A DNA stretch of 64,000 nucleotides from contig CM030337.1 of the NCBI GenBank assembly GCA_017654855.1, forward strand, positions 186,001 through 250,000. The letters run 5' to 3'. Each line of letters starts with the position of its first letter. Within the stretch, counting starts at the first letter, position 1. Shown in pieces: positions 1 to 13,288 of the stretch. The DNA comes from Podospora anserina. Its lineage: Eukaryota. The notes under the pieces are model-generated. The model searched no databases. It was not told the DNA's origin and saw only the letters and a program-made list of their open reading frames with translations. Both the position numbers and the translations under genes were made by a program.

Positions 1-1
1 C

Positions 2-913
2 CCCGACGATGGGCTAGTGGGTGAGGAATCGGCAGACGAGCTGAGGAAAGACCCTCGACTGCTGCAAAAGGTTGCGGCCGTGTTAAAAGTCGTAAAAGGC
101 TGGGAGGCAAGAGACGAGAATCATGTGTGTGATGTCATTGACCTCTGCAAAGGCGAGGGGAAGGGAAGGACGTGGGTATTTGATCCCATTGATGGCACCA
201 AGACATTCCTCAAGGGACAGCAATATGCCATCAATATTGCCTTGTTGGCAGAAGGGGAAGGTTGGCGGGGCAGGGAGGAAGTCATGAGTGTGGTGGCTTG
301 TCCGCTCTTGGACTGGACGCTGGGAGCCATGGGGGGGGCAACGGTGATAAATGACGCGTCTGTGGACAAAACAAGGAAAGGGGCAGTGATTTACTGTGTC
401 AAAGGCCATGGGGTTTTCGTCGAACCATTGTTCAACAAGACAGACGACGAAAAGCCGAGACGGGTCCCTCAACATGCAGGCCAAGTCACGGCAATCGAGG
501 AACTGAAGAGTGTGACCTGCTGGCAGAGTCTAGACTCGGGAGTTGACACGATGCATGAAAGGGTAGCTGAAAGACTGGGCATGGACTTTCCGGGGAACGA
601 CCTTCTCGGATGGGTAAATCGATGGGTGTGCCTTGCGCTTGGCCTAGCAAACACCACGATATGGGTATACAAAAAGAGAGAGAGAAAGGCAAAAATATGG
701 GATCATGCGGGTGCCATGCTTCTTTTTAAGGAGGTTGGTGGCAAAATTACGGATGTGGATGGGAAAGATATCGATTTGACCCAGGGGAGGCTGTTGAGCC
801 AAAATTTCGGCTTCCTGGCGGCACCACAAAGGGTTCATGGATTGGTGTTGGCAGCAGTGAAAGAGGCCATGAGGGAAAGAGAAAATCTTAACACGGTGAG
901 CGGATCTACCTGA
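2..913 (+). CDS. Inositol monophosphatase-superfamily phosphatase, 3'(2'),5'-bisphosphate nucleotidase (HAL2/MET22-like); 5' end lies outside the window
   Basis: Motifs GEES, WVFDPIDGTKTF and KIWDHAGAMLLFKEVGGKITD. Frame is open from base 2 (PDDGLVGEES); stop at 911-913. Confidence 0.85.
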   Translation, partial: PDDGLVGEESADELRKDPRLLQKVAAVLKVVKGWEARDENHVCDVIDLCKGEGKGRTWVFDPIDGTKTFLKGQQYAINIALLAEGEGWRGREEVMSVVACPLLDWTLGAMGGATVINDASVDKTRKGAVIYCVKGHGVFVEPLFNKTDDEKPRRVPQHAGQVTAIEELKSVTCWQSLDSGVDTMHERVAERLGMDFPGNDLLGWVNRWVCLALGLANTTIWVYKKRERKAKIWDHAGAMLLFKEVGGKITDVDGKDIDLTQGRLLSQNFGFLAAPQRVHGLVLAAVKEAMRERENLNTVSGST

Positions 914-2540
914 TGCTGGCTTCTGCTGGTTTCCAGGCAAACGTTTCTTCATGATTCTAGCTGCATACATTTCGTCAACTGATCGGCAGTCATCATAACT
1001 CAGTAGTTTATGAGCAAGAGTAAATGGAACTAGAACTGGTCCCCGAATCTTCCAGTAGCAACTTTGCCACGTGGGAGAAAGTGTTGACTGCTCGCTTACA
1101 CGGACAGTCTTCCGGCGAGACTAGGACGTGAGTCTGACAAACTGTGAGACATTAAATCAAAAGCCACGTGGGGAATTCAAAGACTTGGGCACCGAGCTCA
1201 TTGTGCAAAGAGCGACTCGGGACCCAGAACCCAGCGACCAGCCGTTGGGTCCGCAGTAACAGTGGCGGTCTATCCATCTCTTCGAGTATGAATGTCATAC
1301 CCAGCTTGGGCTCATTTGCATATATCACTGGGGTTCCATAGAAGTCTAGATGGCTGTGGAGTTTGCCCTCGAGAATTGACAACTTGGTGCCGTGGCAGTG
1401 CCTGGGTAACTAATATCCCCACATTGGCAACAGACAAAACACAGAGAACAAAGCGGCAGTTTCTTTTCTTTCCTGTTGAACCAGCGAAATGCCCAGAATC
1501 TCGATGAGGAGGATGGCAGGCCATCCTCCTGCACCTCGGTTTTCCCGGATGGCCTGGTCGGAAGAAACCGAAGATTGAGTAGCACCGGCATCCAGACAAA
1601 CCCCCCAAAGGATAAAACTCAAGGGAAGGAAGAGAACGTGGCTTGTGGGGCAGAACATGGAAGGGTGTGACTGCTCGGTTGTCGGTTGACAGCGACTTGC
1701 CGCCTCGCCCGCCGCAGCACATGGCATATATACATACCATGTGTTTGATTACTTGACGCCAGGAAGGCCCGAAGCGGCCCAGAACAGACGAGAAAATGAA
1801 CGAATGGGACAAGTTTCCCCGCACCCCAGAAAATGGTGCCCACCCCCTTTTCCCTATCATCTCCATGTTTACCCCAGATGTATTTCACGTTATATTCCCA
1901 AACCCCATTTAGAAATGTTTGGTTCTGTCCTCCCATACGTCACTTGTCTGGTTCTTAATGTACCCAACACCAAGCGAGGGCGGCTGCGTGTGAGCAGCGT
2001 GACCTTGGATAATCAACGTGGGAGAAGGGGGGCGGCTGCACCTGATTTTACCCGGCTGTATACAGAGCCTTCACAAACAACAAGACATCAATTCCGGAGC
2101 TCCGGCAATTGTGGACGAATACGGCAAGGGGTCCAATAACAGCTCGAATCTTTCTCCACCAATCACTCATATTATACCCAAATGATCAGAGAACATAGAA
2201 CAAGTTCTGTAGTATCGGCAGTTAGTACTTACCGGGAGCCTGAAAGGGTTGGAAGAGACTCTACCCGGTCGAGACGGGGCCATCGACGCCATCGTGCCCA
2301 AAGCAGGCAAACAGACATGGCTGGAAATCAGAAATAAAAGAGTCCCAGCCGGCCTTACTTTGGCTGGAAAGCCTCTCCTCTCCTTTTCTCGTCACCGACG
2401 AATACTACTTTTCATTCTCCTCCAGGAGCGTAAGACCTTCCTCTGGTTGAGCCTCGCAAGAGATCAAGCCGCCACCCGCACCCAACGACAAGACACTAGC
2501 ACACAAGGGGGACAGATCAAAGGATCAACAAAGGGACAAT

Positions 2541-3716
2541 ATGCATTCGTGGTCTACCCTCACCGCGGCCTTTGCGCTGCTGGCCAATGGAGTTGCCGCT
2601 CAGAACATGTTGCGGTTCGCCTGCTCCCAGCTCGTTGTCGACCGTGTCGATCCTCTCGTCAACCCCGGCGTCCGCTACACTCCCCATCTTCACCAGATCG
2701 TTGGTGGTAACTCCTTCAACCTGACTATGGAGCCAGTCGAGTATGACTTGGTCAAGAGATCGACCTGCACATCCTGCTCGTTCCCCCAGGATCTGTCCAA
2801 CTACTGGACGGCCGTCATGTTTTTCAAGCACAAGAACGGATCGTATCACCGCGTTCCCCAAGTCGGCAACGGCGGTCCCCAGGGTCAGCTCATCAACAAG
2901 GGTGGTCTCGACATCTACTACATTCCCAGCGGCAAGACCACCGCCTTCAGACCTGTACGTTCTGTGCTCGTGGGCCCAGGGATTTGTATCACTGACAAGA
3001 CTGGCATCTAGGGCTTCCGCATGCTTGCCGGTAACGCGGCCAACACCGAGGACAGCAAGGTTTCCAAGGCCAACATCTGCCATCGCTGCTGGACATCGAC
3101 CAACGAGGGCAACTTCATCGGCGGTGCTCCCTGCACTGGCTCTGATACCGTCGGCATCCCTCAGGAGCCGCGCTGCAAGATGATCCGCCAGACCATCATC
3201 TTCCCCCACTGCTGGGACGGCAAGAACCTTGACACCCCCGACCACAAGTCCCACGTCGCCTACGGCCAGGGCTCTGGTGCCACTGGCGGCGGCGCCTGCC
3301 CATCCAGCCACCCCGTCAAGCTTCCTCAGCTCATGTACGAGCTGATGTGGAACGTGACCAACTTCAGTGATAAGAACATGTGGCCCACCTCGGGCCCTGC
3401 CTTTGTCTACAGCATGAACCTCGGCGGATCTGCCGCTCACGGTGACTACGTCTTCGGCTGGGAAGGCGACACTCTTCAGCGTGCCATGGACAAGGGCTGC
3501 AACCTCAACCGTGCTTGCCCTGCTGCTGGTCTTACTTACCAGCCTCCCGAGGTTTACAACGCTTGCAACATCAAGCAGCAGGCTCCCGAGCCCGTCGACG
3601 GCTGTAAGTTTTCATCCCCACCCCCTTCACAAACGTCTGAGAGAGATGAATGCTAATGATATCATCAACCAGGGCTCAAGGCCATGCCGATGGGCGATGT
3701 CGCCATCAAGGCTTAA
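2541..3716 (+). CDS. Secreted DUF1996-domain protein; exons 2541-2954, 3012-3603, 3673-3716
   Basis: Signal peptide, then LRFACSQLVVDRVDPLVNPG..HLHQIVGGN, DLSNYW, FPHCWDGKNLD..DHKSHV and HGDYVFGW. GTACGT..TAG and GTAAGT..CAG introns keep the frame (RP|GFRM; DG-W-L). Confidence 0.9.
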
Positions 3717-5446
3717 TCTCACGCAATGACAGCGATTTCCTAGTGTTCAAGAGAACAGGACCAAGACCATGGACTTGTTTGAAAACTCTACATGTTCATC
3801 ATTTGAAAAGAGTGGTCTGGTTGAGTGGTTGAGCACGCCAGGCAGAGTGGAGTCGGCATCAGTTTACACAAACATAGTATTACTTTTATTCCCCCTCCTC
3901 ACTCGTCTTGTCATTTGTGATGAATCATTCCTTGCCCTGATGTGCCCCATTGTGTGTAGTTTGATTACATGTACCGCCGGAATTTGAGCCTGGCTCATTC
4001 CAGAATATCTGTGTGTTCATCGATTTAAATTTTTCAAGTCAGTAGCTGGTCGTGACTTGACCCACCAGTAATGTCGACAGGACCAGGGGACAGCCCAAAT
4101 CTTCGCTTTGCCCACATTGTGTTCATGCGGCGAGCATGATGCCATGGTCGAAAAGTGCCAAGCAACCAGTTTAATCTATATAAACACGGTGCTGATGTCT
4201 TCCTTCCTAAGCTGGAAAAGCTGAACTGGGAGGTTCGGTAGCTATTTCTGCGAGCGATGGACATTGAGCTCCCTTATATTTCCTTTGACTTTGTCAGGTC
4301 TTTCACATGCTTCAGTCAGGAGATGCTCCTTGTCTCCTTTCTTCAGACACTGGCCCAAGACGCCAGGCATCAAGGTCTTTTGCCTAAATTTGCTCGATTA
4401 GTTTTGCCCGCAAGCCAGAACGGTAAAAGCCCCCAACCATGAACGAAGATCGCCCCAATTCATGTCGATCCGACTTGACTCTGCTCTCCGAAATGGAAAC
4501 ATTGGTAGATACCGGGGTTTGCAATGGAATGTGAAGTTTTGGTCTTACCTCAATCAACATTGCACCCGTGCAGGTGTGATGCCATCCACCGTCATGAAAC
4601 GTGGCAACCACGTGCTGCTCAAGCATGTATGTATAAGAAAGAAACAGGTTTCCCTTCTATAGCAGCAGAGTAGCCCAGCTGGATGTTCACTTTGTATATC
4701 TTTGACCCACACATTGTCAACGCTTGCCGCCAAACCTCCCAGCAACATCCATGGTGTCTTCAAATCTACAGCAGGGGTAAACAATAGGATAGGGGGAAAT
4801 GGGGAATGCATTTCTCTCCTTCTGTACTAACCCATCGTTTCATGACCAGAGACAAACCAGCCGATGCACCTTTTCTGTCGCTTATCGTACAATCACATCT
4901 CCATGAAGAACAGAGTACAATGATCGTGGTAAATGTTTACAACGCGCCTCCGCTGCCGCTAACTGTTAGGGGGTGACCCTCGCTGTTCTTCTTTCTTCTC
5001 TACTAACTTAAGAGATATTCCAAGCCAATTATTCTCAATGCTTGGTTGAGTGATTATTCATGCTTTGCAAAAGAAAGGAAAACAAGAAAAAAAGAGAGAA
5101 CTCCCGCCACATTGTCGAGACAACAACGCCCTTTTTCGCCGTGAACTAAACCAAACTCCTGGTATCTTCTGTGAACCCCAGCAAAAACACTCAATGGTAA
5201 CAGCAAAAGAGCGACTGATCCCTCACATCAAGGGCGTGATCCATCCAAGAAGCGGCGAAATGACGAGGTGGCTGGCGTGCCAAAGAGGCTTGAGCTTGGT
5301 GGTCTGGGGGATGGCGGGGGCAGATCACGGGTGTGGCGAGGCACCGTCACTCCCAGCGCATTATATTGGGCGTGGACGGTAGCATTGTGTCGACCCTCTG
5401 ACCTCGAAAGTCTCTGGTCGTGGCCGCGACGGTACATCTGCTGGTT

Positions 5447-8140
5447 CTACCGCGCAAACACCTTGACCACACCGTCGCCGCCGCCACTCACAACCCAGCG
5501 GCCGTCCTGACTCCACACGACAGAGCAAACGCCCTCACCGCGCATCACCCTATGGCTCGTAATTTCTTGTGTGCAGGAACGTGTTTCCAAGGACCAGAAC
5601 CGCAGGGAGCCGTCATGACCGGCGCTCACTAACTCCCGACCGTCGGGGCTGAGGGAGAGACCGGAGATGGAAGCGGGATGGGCAACCATATTGTAGGTGC
5701 ACTGACCTGGGTGACTGGGTTAGCAAGGGAAAATGGCCAAGGCGCTGGTGGCCGTTGTGAAACTTACCGCTATTGGCGTCGAAGAATCTCACATAGCAAT
5801 CTTCGTGTCCTGAAATGATGACACCCTCCACACCCGATCCAGCCATAGCGCGCCCACCTCCTGTTGGTCCGCCGCCGCCGCTCTCCTCCTCGCCCAAGCC
5901 TTGGGGCTGATCAAGCCCAACGACCGTGGCCACCACCGCGTTGACACTGGTAGCGATGGTTCCATCATAGGTTTCTAGACTGGCCATGGTCCCAGTGGGC
6001 TCTCCGGTCCGGGTGTCGTAAACGATGATGGCAGCATCCGAGTAACTCACCACAAATGTCTCTCCGTTGGGGCTCAGGGGTGTGATCTTGGTTGGACTGG
6101 CCTTGCCATCGGGACGGGGGATGGAGTGTATCAGCGAGTAGTGGAAGGGGGAGTTGGAGGCGGTTGTCGGCTGGGGCGAGTTCGGGAAACTGGAGCCGGA
6201 ACTCATCGAGTTGCCTCGTGTGCGACCGCCAGGACCCCTCCGTCCCGTGCTGGGCTGCGGTGAGGTGAGCTGAGGTGGTGCACTGACTGCCCACAGCTTG
6301 ACCGTACCATCAGCTGAGCCTGAGACGAGGAGGATGCGGTCCGGTGAGCCATGGGTAGTGCTTTGGCCAAAGATGGAGCCAAGGTTGGCGGGAAGTACGC
6401 AGAGGGCCCAGACAGCATCCGCATGCGCATCCATAGTGGCTTTGGGGTCGACACGTCCTCTTTCCCACACTCGGATGGTGGCATCCTGACCTCCCGAAAA
6501 GATCCATCCATCGCCTTGCGCACGCCCGCCCGTAGAGAAGTTGGGCGATGGTGACCACGATGTCAGAGAGAGAACAGCGTTACTGTGACCGCGGTGTGTG
6601 AAATCGGCAGTCACGTCGAGGTCGCCGACACCAGCGCCGGGATGCCCCGGATGACGATCCGGGATGTGGAATCGCTTGATCGTCCCGTCGTCTCCGGCGG
6701 TGCAGATCTCGGGCTCGCCAGGACTCCCGCCTCCAGAAAAGATCACAGTACGAACGGTGTCCAGGTGGCCTCTCAGTCCAAACTTGAGCTTGAAGTTGGT
6801 GTTTTCTGTTTTCTGGCTCATAGAGTTCAGCGAAAGCTCGTGGTCCGCACTTCTCCTCCGGCCCATGGAGCTCGAACTCTTTCTTCTATGAGACAGAGCA
6901 CCGCGGTTGGGGGATTTCGGGATGTTTTCAGCGGCGGGAAACACATCGGTATCCGGTCGGTTGGGAGACGCCTGATGAGGCTGCTGCTGTTGTTGTTGTT
7001 GTTGTGGTGGTGGTGGTGGTGGCGGGTTGGGGGCAGTGGGATCGGGAAAGTTGCTATCATTAAAATCCCAACTGTCTGACTCGAGCCCGCCGCGCTTCTC
7101 GGAAGGCTCTCCTCTGTCCTCCGCTCGATTGGGGTGCTTGGGCTGCAAGGCCGGCTCCTGGCCCGATTCCGCCGGAGGCTTTGCGTGGATAGGTATCTGG
7201 CCAGTCCATTCGCCAGCATTCCCATACATGGCCGATGACTGCTCGGCATTTGATGTACGCATCATGGGGGCAGACTGTAAATCAAATTGCTTGACGGGAT
7301 AGTTGCTTGGACCAGGTGCGCCCTGACCACGGTGGGCTAGAGGCGCCGCGTTTCTAGCTTGGTGGGCCAGAAGCTCACGAACGTGAGCCTGTTGCTGCTG
7401 TTGTGAAAGTCCCTGCTGTTGGTAAACCGGGTCCATAACTTGCTGACCAAACGCATCGGTTTCCCGCAAGTCTTCCATCACAGGAAGGGGGGGCGAGTCT
7501 CTCGGCGGCATGGGATTAGCAGGTGTAACCATGAGGTAGGTAAATTCAGCCTGGCACTGGTCAAGGAAGGTCCTCAGCTCGTTGCGCTGGTTCTCTTCAT
7601 CGGCGAGGTCGGCTGCGAGCGTGCTGGGCACCGTGGGGTCACCTGAAGCTGCATCGCCAGCCTGTGTCAGCCATTCCGCAAGAATAAGATGCCAGCAGAC
7701 GTGCCATAGACTTACGAGCAAGCTTCTCCTTCAGTAAAGCAGCCCGATCTAGAGGTTTGGGCTGTGAGGGGTCGACACCCTCCTTTGACTGTGCCAACTG
7801 CTGCTTGACCTTCTTTTCCAAAATGGAAACATATTTCTTCAAGGTGTTCTGGGTCGCGTCGGCTCTCCTGGCCTGGCCCTCGAGACCAGCTATCCTGCTC
7901 TTCATCTCCTGCCTCTCGATTTCCCAGGCATTGCGATCGCGTTCGTGTCGGTGCCATTCGGTCTGCAGAAAGCGCATAACACCTGCGGCAGCGGTTAGCA
8001 AGCAACCATCACATCAGGAGGGAGTTGGTGAGAAAGGCATGCGGACCTTGCAGTGTGTACTCAGTGGCAGGGGGATGATTAGAGCCCATCATGCCTCCGA
8101 CTTCGTGCGCGCCCATGCCACTCCCTCCATTGGTGCCCAT
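5447..8140 (-). CDS. pro11: Striatin, WD40 scaffold of the STRIPAK complex; exons 8140-8047, 7982-7716, ~7661-5768, 5706-5447
   Basis: Striatin N-terminus [37 protein letters not shown], coiled coil, and C-terminal WD40 repeats ending DGVVKVFAR. Canonical introns; the acceptor of intron 2 is uncertain. Confidence 0.93.
6981..7023 (-). repeat. Coding (CCA)n(CAA/CAG)n microsatellite encoding poly-P/poly-Q in striatin
   Basis: ctgctgctgttgttgttgttgttgtggtggtggtggtggcgg on the + strand; translates as [15 protein letters not shown]. Confidence 0.85.
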
Positions 8141-8569
8141 GGTGGCAGCAGAGCGAGCGAACCACGAGATGCCGTGACTGCGGGCGAAGAAGCGGTGGAG
8201 GTGAGAGTCGAAGAGAGATGGAGGTATTAATTAGCTAGCTGTCCATATAACAAAAGCACTAGTCGGTACAAAGAATCGGTTCTGTCTTGCTGATACTGTT
8301 TGTCGCCTGTGCCTGGCTGGCTCCAAGTCGGTGCGATGGTCGCTGGCTGGTTGGTTGGCCAGAAGTCAACGACACACGGGCCACTGCCTCTCCCGCTGAG
8401 GAGCTCGACTGGCTCCACAAGGGTGCCGTGGGATTGGACCAATCAGAGGCTGCTATTTTGTGCTATGCAACTGCTGTATGTGTATAACTTCCATCTGTGG
8501 GACTGTTGATTTCGACAATGTCTCCCATGTTCTTTCTGTCTTATCATACATAGAGAGAGAGTACAGGCG

Positions 8570-9875
8570 TCAAAACTCCATTACCTCCACCTGTGACCCG
8601 CAAGTCAAACATGTCTTGACCGTCATCCCCTCCGCATTCTCCACGGTCCTCCCCCACTCATGGGCATGTTTCCCTCGATCCCCAATCGCATCTCCAAACC
8701 TGGCTGCTTTTCCAGGGCCCGAGCCCGAGCCGCTGCTGTCCCCTTTGGCATTGTTCCTCCTGAAAGCCTCGGTCCTGGTCTTGCGCTTCAGGTCCAACAG
8801 CTTTTCTTTAAACTTGGCCTCCTTCCTCCTTTTTTTATCTTGCTCTCGCTTCTCGAATTCGGCGTCGAGTGCCTCTGCTGAGCCCCATTTCTGGTTGATG
8901 GCATACTCCTCGACCTGGTATCGTAGAAACAGCATCATGTCATGCCAGTGTGACTTGTGGGGATTTGGCCTGGACAGGTGCGGTAGCAGCTCGGGATCTC
9001 TCAGCTCGGCTTCGCAGGAACATCATGTTAGCAGCACAACACCATGATCAGGACACCCCTGAGATGGACTCACGATCCGTCAACAAGTAATCCTCTTTGC
9101 ACTCCGTCTTGGTTAACAAGCTGTACTTTTCGGGAAACTTTTGCTTGCACCCGTTGCAGACAGCACATCCAAACACTTCTTCCCAGACAAAGTCGATCTC
9201 GACAGTCTTGCATTCCCTGCATCGTTTTCTCGTCTTTTCATCTGCTAGCACACTCAGCCCGGGCTCGAAAGGCCCCGACTTGTTTCTCTGCAGTTTCTTG
9301 ATCAGCTGCAACCTTTCCCACTCGGCAGCAGTCATATTCGCCGGCTTCTGCTCCGCCTCGGGCTTGCCTGGTACGCCGGCAGACATGCTCTTGTTCCAAG
9401 GGTCATCTTCGATGCTCAGGAAGCCGCCCTTTGTATCTGTCATGGCGCTAAAGTTGTAGTCGACATATTTCGTAAATTTGCGCGAGACTGGCTGCAGGCC
9501 CTCTCCCTCCTTGGCCGGACTCGTACGCGCATCCCGGTTTGTGGCCGGCACTTCGGCTCGCGATATCGACCCGTATGGCCGTTTCTTCCCAGCCGGGGCG
9601 GCGGTTGTCGTTGATCCATCTGTCTGTTGTACATCGGAGGCACGGAGCTCGGCGTCGCGCTGCTCACGAATGGCTTTGGCGCGCAAGCGGTTTTCTTCCT
9701 GCAATCAGCGCGCGAGGTGAGCATCCATGGCAGTACCTTAATATCACTCGGAATTGCGGAGATGGAAATAACCTACGATGCGACGGGTGATTTCAGGTGT
9801 TGGTGGAGATTGTGGCCGTCTGGGGATGGTTGTGGTTGTCGCAGCCTCTCTTGGTGGGGTTGCTGGCCTATCCAT
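8570..9875 (-). CDS. rad14: Nucleotide-excision repair damage-recognition protein RAD14/XPA; exons 9875-9777, 9698-9074, 9009-8570
   Basis: DTKGGF motif, CxxC..CxxC zinc finger, KYSLLTKTECKEDYLLTD|PEL, NPHKSHWHDMMLFLRYQVEE..KWGS, and C-terminal HEW..C..C. Confidence 0.93.
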
Positions 9876-10473
9876 GGCGAACAAAAATGTGGTTTGGTGT
9901 TCTTCGGGAGCCGTTGCTGTTTCGATTGATCATGTCGTTATCTAATAGCAGGTAGAGAAATGGTGTCTGCTCTTGATCATGGAAGCATCGTGTTGAGGTG
10001 AGAGCAACCTGCCTGAGCTGGAAGCTGGGGGATGCTCAAAGCGACGCAAGGACCGCCACCGACCACTCCCATCGGCGGGATGGCTATGACGCGTAGTAGG
10101 TTGCTGCGTGGGACGGGACTGGCCACCACCCCCAAATACTTCAGGTCCGTTAATTACTCGACAATTTTTACACACAGGACGATGGGACACTCCATGCACT
10201 GAACACAGAATATCCATAGAAAGCCGTAGAAACAACCATGAGCAAAGTCGATTGACGAACGCACTTGATTATTGAAAAGCAAAACCAAGAACACCACGCC
10301 CCCCTCCGCTAATAATTACTGATCCAGCCGACCCGCCATCCATTTCCCCCCCAAAAAAATCTATCACAACGAGGCGCCCCCCGCAAGGGGACTTTCTTAT
10401 CAAGAAAACCCCGCCAAAGCGCGCGCAGCCAACGGGACCCATCCATCCAGGACCATACATTTTGTAAAGTACT

Positions 10474-11221
10474 CTACTCCTCCTTGGCACCACCACGGCC
10501 GGCACGTTCGGCCGACTCGACAGCCTTCTTGTCGCTCTGGGCAGAGCCGTTCTGGAGACCGCTCATGAAGCCGGCAGCCTGCTTGAATGGGCGCTTGAGA
10601 TCACCAGATGCGGGCTGGCCCCAGACGTGGATCTTGGTGAGGTTGGCCTCGAGGGCGCCCTTGAGAGGGATGATGCTCTGGATGAGGAGGGGATTGGTGT
10701 ATTTGAAGTACAGGTGCATCACACCCATCATCAGGACACCCATCATCTGGGAGCGCATCAAGTTCTTGAGCTGGGCGAGGTCGTAGGCCTGGACCGTAGT
10801 GGTGACGAGCTTGCCCTCCTCGCTGGAGCCCATTGGCGCGGGTTCGACATACTTGAGCGTGGTAAGATCTGTAGAAAACAAGGACGCAGGTTAGCCTGGG
10901 TCTCGCGGAGGCGCAACACGGAGAGGACGGGGAGGACGGGGAGGAACGGAGAAGACGGGGCGACGCACCCTTCTTCTTATTGATGGTGTTCTGGATGTAG
11001 AGGTAGATGCTCAGAATGATCAGGTTGCTGGCAATGTAGCCGGCGCGGCAGAGGTTGAGAACAGACTCGTCTTCGAAGGGAATCTTCTTGGCGACCTGCA
11101 TCATCCCGAGGATGATGATCAGGTTGGTGCTGGAAAGCAACAGGTTAGCTGGCAGAACGAAACAATGGGCGCAGGGCCGGCGCCGGTGCGACGGTGCCTA
11201 CATTTGTGGACTGAGACCCAT
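10474..11221 (-). CDS. pho88: PHO88/SND3 ER membrane protein; exons 11221-11202, 11129-10969, 10868-10474
   Basis: MGLSPQITNLIIILGMMQVAKKIPFED, KKKDLTTLKYVEP, HLYFKYTNPLLIQSIIP, GDLKRPFK, ending GGAKEE. Confidence 0.93.
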
Positions 11222-13288
11222 TGTGACAGATGTGATTGCGTATGGAGATGCGCAGTGCAAGTTTGTCGGTTCCAGCGAGCGGTTATGGATGCTTGGAAGT
11301 GAGCGTGGACAGGCGATCCGGCCAGATTTTATTTCTCTGATGTCTCCAATCCAGAAACCCGTCTCAGCTCCGTGGCCACTCGCACGGATCCACTGCCAGT
11401 GCCCATGGCTTGGCATCCAACAAGACCAGGAGCGTGTTTGCAATGATAACCAACTAGATACCTAATTATTCATTTCATCGACCAAGAGTCTTTGGGGAAA
11501 TCTCTCTTGTATTTCGCATCAGTTATGGCTACCTCTCTTTGCCTTCTCGAGCTCGAACTACGGAATCATGACAGGGGAAGGCCCCCGAATCATCTCGGAA
11601 TAGAAAATTCAGTATATAGATAGCTTGAGAATACACCCTCCGTAGTCCGCCAAGCTCCAAATAGAACCTCCCGCCTTTCACACTGTGGTGACCTCCAGAC
11701 CCACTCCAGTGTCTCCCAGACCGTGGGGACATGTCGCTTGCAACGCTCTGGGTTTCGGCAGAGCAACCGTTATCTCGCTCCATTCTTCCGCCACGAGCCA
11801 ACCTCAACAACACTTAAGCTTTTCTGCATACCGGTGTACACCCACGTCGTCGTTCACAACCATGTTATGGTTAATCCTCTTTTCTGCGCAGTCTCGATGT
11901 CACCTTGCCAATGGGGGTAGCTGTCTGATGACAGCTGCATGTGGCGACCTGCAACTCTTCAACACACCTTTGGATATGCTATGGGACACAGAGATGGTTC
12001 TGAAAGGCCTCTCTCGCCTTCTCAGACGGGCAGATACCTCAACTAGCTTTACTGATGGATAGCATGGGCGTTTGAGAGTATCTGTTTACTTACAAGAATG
12101 TCGACCATATCACCTACCTCTACCAGAGCACTCCTTCACAGTGATCGCACCTCTTCGTTTGCCTCCCATTTTCACTTAACGGCACCTCCAGCACGTTCGA
12201 CATAGCTTACCTGCCAGATCTTTCCCGTGATAGCCAGAGGTAGTGTGCAAGTCAGTTTTGCCATTCCTAAGATTCCAACTGGGCCGTGAGAATATATAAC
12301 TCAGCCGGTGGAATTCCTTCCGAATACACCATGCCAATCATCCCCAGACATACAATTCTTCCGTTCAACCAGCAGCAACGTTCAATGCTCAATCTCCGTA
12401 TCACGCGGATTATCTGGCAGCATCAATCGACATATTTAAAGTCCTCTGCCTATCCACCCGATCGCGACGACATGACGACCTACCATACCTACAACTTTAA
12501 CCTCTCCTGGTATGAACAATCTTTCCCCAAAGATTACGCAGCTCCAATACCTTTCAGTGATCCACAGAAGTTAGGGGGTTGGCATGTGTGGTAGACACTG
12601 TAGACAATAATTCTCGCTCACCAAGCATGATTTGTCTCAAATAAGTCAACATTCAATCCAACACATGGCATGACTTTCTTCCTCGCGTCCTGAGCAAGCC
12701 CAGGGGCACAATGAAAAAAGAGAAAGATGGCCGGTCAGACTTCCATCGACACCCACCCCGTTCAAGCGCCCGAAGGCAAGACCTCGAGAAATCGGGGTAC
12801 AGATCATCGCCACTCTCTATACAGCCGCAGCACAAAGGCCAGCGACCGCCACCTTTGCAGGCAGGTCGAGAGTAAAAAAAGGCTCCTCACTGTTGGGCGC
12901 CGAGGATATCGTTCATCAACCCGGGTGGGATCTGTGGCTCCTTTAGGGAACACAAAAGAGGACGACTACTATAGAAATGATTCTCTGAAGTATTGTCGAC
13001 ATGAGGAAAAAAAGAAAAAGAAAAACCGAAATGGAGGGAGGAGAGCACTCAATTTATACCCATCACCGGTGGCCAGTGCACGCATGCAAATTTGCACTCG
13101 CTCGCACAGACCATTCTCTCCACCCTGCAAAAATCCAGGCATCAAGTGGGACAGAATGGACCGCAAACCGTTTTGCCGACTCAGACCGCCAAAATTTCTC
13201 GCGCTGGAGAAGAGTTTTCCAATTTTTGCACATGACAACGCTCAATATGGCATCATTTGAATTTCGTTGGACTCGGCATCTCAGCAAT

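Noticed and set aside
2517-3440. 307-aa antisense ORF
   Set aside because: Shadow of the strongly codon-biased DUF1996 gene; no independent motif.
3720-5440. Short ORFs between DUF1996 and striatin (similarly 1000-2500)
   Set aside because: No codon bias, motifs or coherent exon chain.
11500-13000. Possible degenerate gene in the PHO88-POF1 interval
   Set aside because: Only short ORFs with no recognisable motif or consistent splice model; a BLASTX search would be needed.
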